This document shows, in pieces, positions 47,824 through 56,830 of a stretch of DNA of 64,000 bases (position 1 is the stretch's first letter; every line of letters begins with the position of its first letter). The DNA comes from Candidatus Saccharimonadales bacterium (GTDB taxonomy: Bacteria > Patescibacteriota > Saccharimonadia > Saccharimonadales > UBA4665). The stretch spans positions 67,503 to 131,502 of the forward strand of contig DASSKE010000004.1 in the NCBI GenBank assembly GCA_035690865.1, written 5' to 3'. The notes beneath the pieces are model-generated. The model ran no database searches and was not told the origin of the DNA. It saw only the letters and a program-made list of their open reading frames with translations. The translations under genes and the position numbers were made by a program.

Positions 47824-48888
47824 ATGATAGCAACCTCAGAGATACCACGCACAACAATAACCATGCATCAAGTAGGCAGCTTTCCGGCTGCAACAGTAGA
47901 AGAAGGTTTACAACGAACCCTGAACCGGCAAACGCGTACGGTTTTAGATTCTGCTACCGACTGCGAAACCGGCTCGCGAGCCAACTGGGTTGTAGATCTT
48001 ATAGACTCCTACCGCCGTAATCCAGCATTTGAGCTTGTAGAAGATGGTGACTGGTCGGGATACGACCACTGCCCTCGCTTTAAGGTGGCCGAAGGTCACA
48101 CGCTAGTGCCGGACGATTTTGCCTTGCCCTACCATCAGTTTGCGCTTGATTCCTGGCCCGCTTTTGACGCTGCCCGCCAGCGAATCGGCCGCCCGGATCT
48201 GCTCATGCAGGTTGGTTCGCCTAGCGGCCTTGATTTGTCACTTTTCACCCTTGGGGAGCAGCAAGGCTTTGACGAGGAACATGTTGACGCAGCCACCCAA
48301 GCCGTAGCTGATCAAATTACTGCCGTCCATAATGAGCCGTTTGGCGACCAGGTAGTGTATCAGTTAGAGACGCCGGCCAGTTTGAGTTTGGCACTGGCTG
48401 TGGAAGACCCTGCTTTTCGACAGGGATTGTCCAGCCGCTTGCTTGATTTAGTGTCGCGTTGCCCCGAAGGTGCTCAGTTTGGTATTCACTTGTGCGTGGG
48501 CGACCTTGGCAACGAGGCCCGTATGCAGCCGCCAAATCGCAAAGCATCCGTGGAACTCATGAACGCCATTGGCAGTGATCCCCGCTGGGAGGGCCGCAAG
48601 CTGCGCTACATTCATGAGCCAATTGCCGCAGGTCACGATGTACCAACGCTAGAAAGTAGCATGTACGAAGATTTGCAGGATCTGCGTCTGCCTCCCGGTG
48701 TGCGCTACATAGCTGGCATGCTTCACGAGCGCCAGTCGTTGCGCCGTCAGCGAAAGGTGCTGGAGCTGGTTAAGGAGAACTTGCCACAGGGACAGGCTTT
48801 AGGTATTGCAGCGGCTTGCGGTCTGGGCCGTCGTTCGCGCAATGCGGCTAAGCGTATCCGCAACCGCGGCGTACTTCTTGCTTCTTAG
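47824..48888 (+). CDS. Hypothetical protein, possibly MetE-like (cobalamin-independent methionine synthase / UROD-type) TIM barrel
   Basis: FGIHLCVGD (His-x-Cys) and AAACGLGRRS (Cys-Gly-Leu) mirror the spacing of the MetE C-terminal domain zinc ligands. Otherwise unassigned. Confidence 0.4.
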   Translation: MIATSEIPRTTITMHQVGSFPAATVEEGLQRTLNRQTRTVLDSATDCETGSRANWVVDLIDSYRRNPAFELVEDGDWSGYDHCPRFKVAEGHTLVPDDFALPYHQFALDSWPAFDAARQRIGRPDLLMQVGSPSGLDLSLFTLGEQQGFDEEHVDAATQAVADQITAVHNEPFGDQVVYQLETPASLSLALAVEDPAFRQGLSSRLLDLVSRCPEGAQFGIHLCVGDLGNEARMQPPNRKASVELMNAIGSDPRWEGRKLRYIHEPIAAGHDVPTLESSMYEDLQDLRLPPGVRYIAGMLHERQSLRRQRKVLELVKENLPQGQALGIAAACGLGRRSRNAAKRIRNRGVLLAS

Positions 48889-48921
48889 GGCAATCCCCCG
48901 TATGCTAAGCGTACATAAGCC

Positions 48922-49494
48922 ATGACGAAAGCTAAGCTATTGACCACCGAAAAAGATATTGCCGCTCTGGTTGCCGCAGATGATTGGATGATGCGCGTGC
49001 TGCGGGCGGCGCAAACGCTTGCCTTGCCTGATTGGTGGATCGGCGCAGGCTTTTTGCGCAACAAAGTGTGGGATGCTCTGGAGGGTAATGCTTCTCAGCC
49101 AAGTAAAGATGTCGATTTGGTATATTTTAACGCGCAGGATGTAGCCCCCGAAACTGATTGGCACTATGACGAACAGCTTAAGACGCAGTTCCCGTTTGCC
49201 GAATGGGAAGTTCGCAACCAGGCGCGGATGCATTACGTAAACGATTTTGCGCCGTACACCTCAACCGCAGACGGCATTTCGCATTGGGTCGAAACAGCTA
49301 CCTGCGTGGCGGTGCGTCTGAACATGCAAAACGAACTGGAATTTCTATTTTGCTATGGCACAAAAGATTTATTGGGCTTGGTAGCGCGGCCAACGGAGTA
49401 TTTTGTTGGCGATATGAGCACATTGTTTTATGAGCGTGTGAGCAAAAAACGCTGGCAAGAACGCTGGCCACACTTGCGGGTTGAGCCTTTATAG
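48922..49494 (+). CDS. Nucleotidyltransferase family protein (NTP_transf_6/DUF925-like)
   Basis: WWIGAGFLRNKVWD and KDVDLVYF motifs, about 190 aa. Confidence 0.65.
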   Translation: MTKAKLLTTEKDIAALVAADDWMMRVLRAAQTLALPDWWIGAGFLRNKVWDALEGNASQPSKDVDLVYFNAQDVAPETDWHYDEQLKTQFPFAEWEVRNQARMHYVNDFAPYTSTADGISHWVETATCVAVRLNMQNELEFLFCYGTKDLLGLVARPTEYFVGDMSTLFYERVSKKRWQERWPHLRVEPL

Positions 49495-49500
49495 CACGTA

Positions 49501-50103
49501 TTATGGCCAGAGATACGACTGTACATCGCGGACGATTTGTTCTGGGCTGGTTGCTAACACCGTTGTAAAACCCATCACAATAGCCGGATCAAGGCAGCGC
49601 TGCTGGTCGTCAATAAAGATTGACTGTTCCGCCGTAGCGCCGGTTCGTTCTAGCGCCAGGCGATATATTCCCTCTTCCGGCTTAGCCATGCCTACCTGAA
49701 ACGACGCGATAACCTCATCAAACATATCATAGTAGCCCGAAGCTTTGATGGCATTGTAGGTCGGCTCAATAACATTGGATAAGACAGCAATTGTGTAACC
49801 CGCTTTTTTAGCGCTTTGGGCGAGGTTGAGCACGTCTTTATTCGCCACCAAGCCGCGCCACTTTTTAAATTCCTCCGAGATATTGTCCTGTATGCTGAGG
49901 CCGTAGCGGCTCTGCAGCTCCTGCCAATAGGCTTGCTCGGTGAGCTCGCCGCGCATAAAGCGCTTCATGTAGGTTTCAAATATTTCGCCAATCTGTTGCT
50001 CTGTAGCGCCGATGCTCCGTAAAAGGTCGCTTAAAAAACGGTCGCCCGGGTCGGTAGCGATCACCCCTCCCCAGTCAAAAAAGATCGTTGTGTAGTGCTT
50101 CAT
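49501..50103 (-). CDS. HAD-superfamily hydrolase (subfamily IA)
   Basis: IFFDWGGVI (motif I variant), VLSN (motif II) and FIDDQ (motif IV). Confidence 0.8.
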   Translation of the reverse strand: MKHYTTIFFDWGGVIATDPGDRFLSDLLRSIGATEQQIGEIFETYMKRFMRGELTEQAYWQELQSRYGLSIQDNISEEFKKWRGLVANKDVLNLAQSAKKAGYTIAVLSNVIEPTYNAIKASGYYDMFDEVIASFQVGMAKPEEGIYRLALERTGATAEQSIFIDDQQRCLDPAIVMGFTTVLATSPEQIVRDVQSYLWP

Positions 50104-50119
50104 AGGAGCATTGTATCAC

Positions 50120-51151
50120 CTATGAACTGCTATCGGGGTGAAGCTTGGCCAAAATGCGCTCGCCAACTTTTGTAGAGAGGTCAGCAAAGTCAACGCGGGT
50201 TTTGCCTAATAGCGCACGGGCTTCCATTTTGTATTGCAACGTCATTTGAGAAGTGTGTTCGCTGGCGGCACCGGCAACCTTTCCGGCGCCGTGCATTTTA
50301 ATGCGCTGCATTTGTTTTGCGGCAATGAGTCCCGGCCACGGTATGGCTTTTTCTTGCGAGCTACCCTTTCTGATACGTACCGATTTGACATTGCCTAAAT
50401 CGGTGATGCCGTCGATAAACATGATGCGGCTGTGGTCGGCCGTCTCAAGATCTTTGGGCATGACCCGAGGCCGGATGCGCACTCCAGCGATATCGTTGGT
50501 GGCGGTGTCGAGCACTAAAAAGTTAGCGTTCAGGCCTCTTTCTGGGCCAGCCCGGAATTGCAGCGGTGCCGGTATAACCGTTAATTCCTGACGTCGTCGC
50601 GCCACTTCAAGGAGGACAATGGCCGCGTCAAGCTCCTGCATTCTTCCGGTAAGCGCCCTAAAGGGGGCGTGCGCGGGAGTATTCTGACCAAAAAGGTCCT
50701 CAGTGCCAAACTCTTTAACAATCTTATGGCGCAACATGCTGTGCTTGACTCCGCTTACCGCCAGCAACCCCTGGGCGTTATTTATAGCGTCGCGGCGTTC
50801 TGCGGCATTCCACTCTGTTGGTGGGTTAAAAAGAGGCCGCCACATATCAATCATGGCGGCATTGAGTTCGTGAAAATGCAGGTCGGTATAGGCCGAGGAT
50901 TCTTCTTCAAAGTTGCCCGCCACGCTTTTGATAACGGCGCCACTTTTGGCGTAGCTACGAATATTCCAGGCATCATAGCGCTCGATAACCTCTTGGTTAA
51001 CCAGCTCACCTTGCGTGAGCGCTGTATGTAATGCCTCCCCGAGCTGTAACGACCACCCTTGGTGTTCATGTACCGCTTGCGCGTAGCGATCGCTGATATG
51101 ATAAGGCGTTATGGTAGGCTGGTAGGCCGTGACAAATTCTTTATATTGCAT
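50120..51151 (-). CDS. Hypothetical protein
   Basis: 343-aa ORF with no recognisable motifs. Confidence 0.5.
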   Translation of the reverse strand: MQYKEFVTAYQPTITPYHISDRYAQAVHEHQGWSLQLGEALHTALTQGELVNQEVIERYDAWNIRSYAKSGAVIKSVAGNFEEESSAYTDLHFHELNAAMIDMWRPLFNPPTEWNAAERRDAINNAQGLLAVSGVKHSMLRHKIVKEFGTEDLFGQNTPAHAPFRALTGRMQELDAAIVLLEVARRRQELTVIPAPLQFRAGPERGLNANFLVLDTATNDIAGVRIRPRVMPKDLETADHSRIMFIDGITDLGNVKSVRIRKGSSQEKAIPWPGLIAAKQMQRIKMHGAGKVAGAASEHTSQMTLQYKMEARALLGKTRVDFADLSTKVGERILAKLHPDSSS

Positions 51152-51192
51152 TAGCTACAGATTGTAGGTGCAAAAAACCACCAGCGCAACCG

Positions 51193-51221
51193 TTGAAAAA
51201 ATGCGGTAATTGCGGTAGAAT
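51193..51221 (+). promoter_or_regulatory. Candidate sigma70-type promoter for tRNA-Gln
   Basis: TTGAAA (51193-51198), a 17-nt spacer, then TAGAAT (51216-51221), about 48 nt upstream of the tRNA. Confidence 0.55.
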
Positions 51222-51269
51222 ATGCTCTGTTACCAAAAGCTGCTCTAATTGCGCTACCGGCAACGCTAA

Positions 51270-51344
51270 TGGGATGTCGCCAAGTGGTAAGGCACCGGGT
51301 TTTGGTCCCGGCATTCGGGGGTTCGAATCCCTCCATCCCAGCCA
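51270..51344 (+). tRNA. tRNA-Gln (anticodon UUG), CCA encoded
   Basis: Hand-folded cloverleaf: acceptor TGGGATG/CATCCCA, D arm GCC-AAGTGGTAA-GGC, anticodon arm CCGGG-TTTTGGT-CCCGG, T arm GGGGG-TTCGAAT-CCCTC (one G-T pair), discriminator G, then CCA. Confidence 0.9.
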
Positions 51345-51352
51345 AGTAAAAA

Positions 51353-51377
51353 GCACCGACATTTGTCGGTGCTTTTT
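51353..51377 (+). terminator. Rho-independent terminator after tRNA-Gln
   Basis: GCACCGAC-ATTT-GTCGGTGC followed by TTTTT. Confidence 0.8.
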
Positions 51378-51452
51378 ATTAATTCCAAAGCAGTCTACTA
51401 CCCTGCACTCTTTGCAGTTGTGTTTGAGGGCATGCTTTTTTACAATGAGCTT

Positions 51453-52079
51453 ATGAATAAATATAAGCGTCATTTTATAGCCTACCTTCGCATAGGCTTT
51501 GGCCTTCTGGTGGCGGCAGCAATTGTCACGCAACTTTCCGGCACATTTGAGCACGGGCGGAGCGTAGCGAACTTCTTTAGCTTCTTTACCATTCAAAGTA
51601 ATGTGATTGCGGGCGCTGTTCTGTTGGTAGTGGGTGTCGGGTCGCTGCTGAACGCAAAGGCTAACCGCCAGTTTGCGTTCATCCGTGGGGCGGCCACTTT
51701 ATATATGGTAATCACAGGCATAGTCTTTGCGTTACTTTTGTCCGGCCTGTCGGAGCGTTTGCAGCTAACCGTGCCGTGGGTGAATATGGTCCTCCACTAC
51801 CTCATCCCAGTAGTAATGCTGGTAGACTGGCTGCTCTTTCCACCTACCTTTAAGTTTACTTTCCGTGATACCGTTTTGTGGCTTGCCTTTCCGCTCGGAT
51901 ATCTTGTTTATACGCTTATTCGCGGACCGTTGGTAAACTGGTACCCGTATCCCTTTCTTGATGTATCGCAGGCAGGGTGGCTACATGTTATTATTGTGAG
52001 CATTATGATCGCTTTTGGCGCGGCTGGCCTGGCCTGGTCGATGACGCTGCGCATAGGAGGTCAGACAAAACAACGCTAA
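51453..52079 (+). CDS. Integral membrane protein (6 TM; possibly Pr6Pr-type family)
   Basis: Start at MNKYKRHFIAYLRIGFG, because the longer ORF would run through the tRNA terminator. Six hydrophobic helices and a NWYPYPFLD motif. Confidence 0.6.
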   Translation: MNKYKRHFIAYLRIGFGLLVAAAIVTQLSGTFEHGRSVANFFSFFTIQSNVIAGAVLLVVGVGSLLNAKANRQFAFIRGAATLYMVITGIVFALLLSGLSERLQLTVPWVNMVLHYLIPVVMLVDWLLFPPTFKFTFRDTVLWLAFPLGYLVYTLIRGPLVNWYPYPFLDVSQAGWLHVIIVSIMIAFGAAGLAWSMTLRIGGQTKQR

Positions 52080-52186
52080 GTAGCTTTTTTGGCTTGCAGC
52101 TTTTGTTTGCGAGCTTTTTCGTACCGGGCGCGCTTTGTGGTTATTTTTTGCAGCTTCAACTGCTTTTTTGGGTCTCTCTTTTTCAT
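52076..52186 (-). CDS. Possible 36-aa highly basic small protein
   Basis: Hand translation: MKKRDPKKQLKLQKITTKRARYEKARKQKLQAKKAT. The ATG is 1 nt after the stop of the upstream 93-aa ORF. Below the ORF-track length cutoff and may be spurious. Confidence 0.25.
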   Translation of the reverse strand: MKKRDPKKQLKLQKITTKRARYEKARKQKLQAKKAT

Positions 52187-52187
52187 G

Positions 52188-52469
52188 CTATCTACCGTGT
52201 TTGCGAATATGTTGAATCATTTTTTCTAAAGAAGGCTCACTGTTGTGCTCGGCAAAGATGTACAGTTCCTTAAATGGAAGCGCTGGGTTGTGGCGGGATA
52301 CAATAGCTTCGCTTAGCTCCTTGGCAGCGTGTAGCTCGGCATCTGCATCGGCGAGCTGCCAAATCTTGGTGCGCAGCGTAAACGATAAGGCAATGGTAAA
52401 TTCGCCTCGTTTTGTAACGACCAGGAACTTTGACGAGTTTCCCTTTGGTGCAAGTGCAGTAACTATCAT
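52188..52469 (-). CDS. Hypothetical 93-aa protein
   Basis: ORF with balanced composition and no recognisable motif. Confidence 0.4.
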   Translation of the reverse strand: MIVTALAPKGNSSKFLVVTKRGEFTIALSFTLRTKIWQLADADAELHAAKELSEAIVSRHNPALPFKELYIFAEHNSEPSLEKMIQHIRKHGR

Positions 52470-52528
52470 GCATTACTTATATCATACTAACGCATATTGC
52501 TACACTCTTCTTTTGCTACAATGGGCAT

Positions 52529-52909
52529 ATGACACAAATTCAACAGACCTACATCATCAAGGCTCCCGTTTCTAAAGTTTGGAAGGCATTAACTGACGCC
52601 GCGGTAGCCGAGCAATGGGGTGCTGCCCCTGCAAAGGTGGATCCCCGCGAAGGCGGCGAGTTCAGCTACTGGAATGGTGACATTCATGGAATCTTTACTA
52701 AACTTGTACCGCAAGAACTTATTGAACAAGATTGGTACGGCCACGACAACCCTACCTGGAAGTACACAGTTGTCTTTGCGCTAGAGGGCGATGATACAAG
52801 CACAACGGTGCACATGGTGTATTCTGGCAATATTCTCAATGAGCAAAAAGATATCGCCGATTGGAAGGATTATTACTTTGATCCGATTAAAAAACTGCTG
52901 GAAAGCTAG
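52529..52909 (+). CDS. SRPBCC/AHSA1 (Aha1-like) domain protein
   Basis: YIIKAPVSKVWKALTD...EQWGAAPAKVDPREGGEFSYW is the typical AHSA1/START-like pattern. 126 aa. Confidence 0.75.
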   Translation: MTQIQQTYIIKAPVSKVWKALTDAAVAEQWGAAPAKVDPREGGEFSYWNGDIHGIFTKLVPQELIEQDWYGHDNPTWKYTVVFALEGDDTSTTVHMVYSGNILNEQKDIADWKDYYFDPIKKLLES

Positions 52910-54153
52910 TCTACAGAAATGTGAGCGTCCTTGTGCTTTAGTAAAAGGTATGCACAAACTGCCGCGCAAATAAGCACTGTCCAACCGAGCAAAAAGTAAC
53001 GTAGCTGCCCGTGTGTATTCAGCGCACCAATAAGCGGGGCCAGCGCCACGTAGGGCAATGTTTTAAAGAAGGAGGCAATAGATAAAACCGTTGCCCGTTG
53101 TTCTTCGGGCGCATGGTAATTAAGCACCTCGCTCATAAATGGTGACAAAATATGTTCGCCAGCGTACAGGGTTAGGATAACAATATAGCCCCAATGACCA
53201 ATAGGAGCCACAGAAAGCAGTAGCCCCATTGCCGCGGCCAAAGAAATACTAGTTAACACATGTTTTTCGCTCATCTTTTCGGCATGTTTGTGTAAGTACG
53301 AAAGAATGCCAACGGTAATAAGGCTGCAACTTGCAACAACGACAGAGCCCCAAAAAGGGCTAAAATGAAAGCGGCTCAACAGAATAAGCCGAAGTAGCCC
53401 ATATCCAGCGGTATAAAAAAGCCCCTGTACTGTTAGGATGATGGGTATATACAGCCGAAGCTGCGGCAACTTAAATTGCCTGAAGCCCGTTTTAATATCT
53501 TCTAAATAGTCGGTAACTTCTGGCAAGAAGGCCTGCCTGGCTCTGCGCGGCCGCCCATCTGTAACTGGCCATATCAACATGGCGGCAATAATAAATGATA
53601 CGCCCGTCAGTGCCCAAGGAAGACGCGGATTTATAGTATGCAGCCAGCCACCAACGACCGTAGCGCCCAACGTGCCCATGAGCGCTATTTGCGAGCCGCG
53701 CATTAATAGTTTGCGCCACGCTGCCGACTCGCGTTTAAAAGTAAGCCGTTCAAAAAAGAGTGCTTCGTCGGCGCCCGACACAAAAGAAACACCAATCATC
53801 ATAATTGCCTGTCCAACAAAGAACGGCACAAAGCTGCTGCCTGCCGCCTGAATCAAAAGGCCCGTCCCTGCCAGAATATGCCCGAGCCGCACCATTTTGT
53901 CCCGGCCGAATTTGTCGGCTAAAGCGCCTGAGGGTACTTCGGCAAGCAAACCAATGCTAAACGCCAGACCATCCAAAACACCAACTTGCTGGTCGGTAAT
54001 GAATATCCGGTAAAAGTAAAGCCACACTGCACCTAAGAACCATAAATTGGTCAAAAACTTATACACCAGGAACTTACGTACCAGCCAATGTTGTTTGTCG
54101 CTCATTCTTTTATCAGTATACAGTAGAGTGAGCTGCTCGGGCGCAGACTGCAT
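52906..54153 (-). CDS. MFS transporter
   Basis: 12 TM helices and the GALADKFGRDKM loop (MFS motif A-like). Confidence 0.8.
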   Translation of the reverse strand: MQSAPEQLTLLYTDKRMSDKQHWLVRKFLVYKFLTNLWFLGAVWLYFYRIFITDQQVGVLDGLAFSIGLLAEVPSGALADKFGRDKMVRLGHILAGTGLLIQAAGSSFVPFFVGQAIMMIGVSFVSGADEALFFERLTFKRESAAWRKLLMRGSQIALMGTLGATVVGGWLHTINPRLPWALTGVSFIIAAMLIWPVTDGRPRRARQAFLPEVTDYLEDIKTGFRQFKLPQLRLYIPIILTVQGLFYTAGYGLLRLILLSRFHFSPFWGSVVVASCSLITVGILSYLHKHAEKMSEKHVLTSISLAAAMGLLLSVAPIGHWGYIVILTLYAGEHILSPFMSEVLNYHAPEEQRATVLSIASFFKTLPYVALAPLIGALNTHGQLRYFLLGWTVLICAAVCAYLLLKHKDAHISVD

Positions 54154-54176
54154 AATGAAAGTGATATACTTCCTGT

Positions 54177-54845
54177 ATGAGTTTACGACGCATACTTTAC
54201 AGCAACAGTCTTGTAATAGCTATGTTTACTATCTTTCTGGCGTCAATTGTGGGGATGAGTTTTGCTGGTTGGCGATCAAATAATCAGGCAAATGCCGAGC
54301 ACGCAGCATCAGTACAGACGTATACCGAGTATATTGTTGGCGGTGATTTTATTGAAGGCGTGTTCGAAAACTGGGAAAGTGAATTCTTGCAAATGTGGGC
54401 GCTTGTTGTGCTCACGGTGTGGCTGCGTCAAAAAGGTTCTTCTGACTCTAAGCCAATGCGAGGACGAGCACCTGTTGACACGCTTTCCCGCTACTCAATA
54501 ATTAATTCCACTTCGTGGAAGAAGCGCTTTCGGGCACTCGGCCATACAATCTATGCTCACTCTTTAGGAGCAAGCTTGTTCGTTCTCTTTCTTATTTCGT
54601 TCTCGTTGCACGCAGTGGGCGGTGTAGCCGCGTTTAATGAGCAAAATGCACAGCATAACCAATCCCCTATGAGCGCCCGTCATTACATTACAACATCGCA
54701 TTTTTGGTATGAGTCGCTGCAGAACTGGCAAAGTGAATTTCTTGCTATTGGTACGCTATTGGTTTTGTCTATAAAGCTTCGGGAGCGCGGCTCACCAGAG
54801 TCTAAACCTATCGGCACACGCTACGATCGTCACACCGGCGATTGA
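54177..54845 (+). CDS. Membrane protein with internal duplication (DUF6766-like)
   Basis: Two copies of the module NW(E/Q)SEFL...(L)VL..(W/K)LR(Q/E)(K/R)GS.(D/E)SKP. Confidence 0.6.
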   Translation: MSLRRILYSNSLVIAMFTIFLASIVGMSFAGWRSNNQANAEHAASVQTYTEYIVGGDFIEGVFENWESEFLQMWALVVLTVWLRQKGSSDSKPMRGRAPVDTLSRYSIINSTSWKKRFRALGHTIYAHSLGASLFVLFLISFSLHAVGGVAAFNEQNAQHNQSPMSARHYITTSHFWYESLQNWQSEFLAIGTLLVLSIKLRERGSPESKPIGTRYDRHTGD

Positions 54846-54846
54846 T

Positions 54847-55233
54847 TTATGTATGTAGGCCTGCTGCGGCGCGCACAATATTCTGTAATGCCTGCTCGTG
54901 TAAAGGGCTATCTTTGTAAAAATCAATAGCGCGCACAACTTTACTGTCGAGTCGGGTATTAAAAACATGATTAGGGTCGGGTATGTTATTGCCACCGGTA
55001 AAGGTCAGGCGTACCGCCTCCTTCAAGATATCTGCTACGCAAACGTTTTTGCCGTTGAGCGTCCAAGTGGCGACTCCTTCGGGCTTCGAAGGTTTTTTCC
55101 ATTTAACCTCTTCGGTTAGTTCTGGCGCCGCGGCTGCAATAAGCGCCCGAAGGCGAGCTAAAAGCTCGCCCCGCCAATCACTATGCATGCTAATAATGTC
55201 ATCAATCTGTTCCGATGGCGTTTTTTCTTGCAT
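54847..55233 (-). CDS. DUF1801 (YdhG-like) domain protein
   Basis: LRALIAAAAPELTEEVKWKKP...TWTLNGKNVCV pattern, 128 aa. Confidence 0.65.
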   Translation of the reverse strand: MQEKTPSEQIDDIISMHSDWRGELLARLRALIAAAAPELTEEVKWKKPSKPEGVATWTLNGKNVCVADILKEAVRLTFTGGNNIPDPNHVFNTRLDSKVVRAIDFYKDSPLHEQALQNIVRAAAGLHT

Positions 55234-55241
55234 GACTTCCC

Positions 55242-55619
55242 TTACGCCTGCTCAACGTGAATCAGGTTGCCTTCGGTGTCGCTGAAATTAAACCATTTTG
55301 TGCCTGAGCCAGGGCCATGCAGGTCGTTTTGTATCTCGCTTACCTTAACGCCTTTTTGCTGTAAATCAGCGTGAGCGCTTTGGATATCTGTAGCGCCAAA
55401 ATAAAGAGTCAGCGCGCCCGGCTGCATGTGCGCATGATGTGTGGTAAGGGTAATTGCAACGCCGTTGCCTGGAACGGCAAGCTCTACCCACCAGTTTGCA
55501 TCATCGATACGAAAGTCCTTTGTTACTTCTAGACCCAGTTTGTCGGCGTAGAACTCCTTGGCTTTTGGCATGTCTGCGACCGCTACGTGAAGCATAGTAA
55601 AGGTGTTAAGTGTGTTCAT
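55242..55619 (-). CDS. VOC family protein (glyoxalase/bleomycin-resistance fold)
   Basis: HVAVADMPKAKEFYADKLGLEV and the C-terminal F.DTEGNLIHV pattern. SD AAAGGA upstream. Confidence 0.8.
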   Translation of the reverse strand: MNTLNTFTMLHVAVADMPKAKEFYADKLGLEVTKDFRIDDANWWVELAVPGNGVAITLTTHHAHMQPGALTLYFGATDIQSAHADLQQKGVKVSEIQNDLHGPGSGTKWFNFSDTEGNLIHVEQA

Positions 55620-55633
55620 ATCAGTCCTTTCTC

Positions 55634-55687
55634 TTGAAACTGTGTGTTATTTGCTATATAATAAAGTTACTTGAATTTAGAGTAACT
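55634..55687 (+). promoter_or_regulatory. Candidate marR promoter plus inverted-repeat operator
   Basis: TTGAAA (55634-55639), a 17-nt spacer, then TATAAT (55657-55662). Perfect inverted repeat AGTTACT-N9-AGTAACT at 55665-55687, just downstream of the -10 box. Confidence 0.55.
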
Positions 55688-55701
55688 GTCAAAGGTTTTT
55701 T

Positions 55702-56163
55702 ATGACTGCAAAACAAGATATGGTAAATCGGGTCCTGCTGGCCGCTAGCAAACAAGGCATTGCATCAGTATTATTTAGGAATGCTATCGGGCGCAAATTA
55801 CGCCTTAACGTAGCTGATAACGAATGCCTCAGTTTTATAAGCATGCACGGCACGGCCACTCCAACCGAAATAGCTCGTTACACTGGCCTGACATCGGGGT
55901 CAACGACAGCTATGCTCGATCGACTCCAAAATGCTGGTTATATTGTGCGCAAACCGAACCCTCACGACCGGCGCGGTGTTGTTATCGAGGCGGGATCGCA
56001 ATGGCGTGATGCAACAATGCCACTTGTCGCTGGTGTACAGGCAGCACATCGGGAATTCCTTGCAACCTACTCAGATGAAGAGCTTGCCCTAATAGAAGAC
56101 TTCTTAACGCGTTTTGCCCAGAACGTTTCTGAGCAAACCGACAAGATTAATCAGGCAGCATAA
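55702..56163 (+). CDS. MarR family transcriptional regulator
   Basis: Winged-helix region ECLSFISMHGTATPTEIARYTGLTSGSTTAMLDRLQNAGYIVRKPNPHDRRG. Confidence 0.88.
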   Translation: MTAKQDMVNRVLLAASKQGIASVLFRNAIGRKLRLNVADNECLSFISMHGTATPTEIARYTGLTSGSTTAMLDRLQNAGYIVRKPNPHDRRGVVIEAGSQWRDATMPLVAGVQAAHREFLATYSDEELALIEDFLTRFAQNVSEQTDKINQAA

Positions 56164-56172
56164 ACGTCTGGT

Positions 56173-56781
56173 TTAGCGACTTTGTAGGGCGTCAAGGCCT
56201 ACTGCCATGGCCGCCAACACTCGCCAATCTTCTTTTTGGTAGGCTTCTTGTGTCATAGAGAGCAAGTAGTGGTCGCGAAAAAGGGTCGTTTTTTGGTAGC
56301 GGCCTACTTCCGCATCGGTTGTTGCATCTGCAAATACAAAGTGGTAGCGCAAAAACAACGTAATAAGATCAATAATGTCGCCCACCACCGGAATCATGCC
56401 ACCAAAGCGGCGCATGATAGCAAGCAACTGGCTACTCTCCTTAAGGTTAAATACAACCTGGTCATCTTTATTAAGAACTTGCCACGAGCTATTGAGCAAC
56501 GACTTGGCAAACTGTTTTTTGAAGCTTCCGAGCAGTTTTCCTTGTGGATCTTCTACAGAATAACGACCGTGAATATCGAGCACTTTTTCGGCTTTAAAGG
56601 TAAAAGCAACCTCCGATTTGGTGTCGTCAGTATAAAAAGTGACCTTTTCTTTAAAGGCGAGCCGTTTTTGTTGGGCAAAGGCGAGCATGTCGCCTTTTTT
56701 GCCGTCGTCGGTTGCCTGGTAAATAGCGTATTTGTTAACAAAAGCGGTAATCTTTTGCTCAACGATAAGATGTGGTTTCAT
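56173..56781 (-). CDS. LURP-one-related/scramblase-like (tubby C-terminal fold) protein
   Basis: KITAFVNKYAIY...FKEKVTFYTD...FTFKAEKVLDIHGRYSVEDPQGKLLGSFKKQF pattern. Weak recollection-based call. Confidence 0.4.
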   Translation of the reverse strand: MKPHLIVEQKITAFVNKYAIYQATDDGKKGDMLAFAQQKRLAFKEKVTFYTDDTKSEVAFTFKAEKVLDIHGRYSVEDPQGKLLGSFKKQFAKSLLNSSWQVLNKDDQVVFNLKESSQLLAIMRRFGGMIPVVGDIIDLITLFLRYHFVFADATTDAEVGRYQKTTLFRDHYLLSMTQEAYQKEDWRVLAAMAVGLDALQSR

Positions 56782-56830
56782 TGACTAATAGTAGCATACT
56801 TTTTGACGATACGACATTTCGGTGCCCTGG

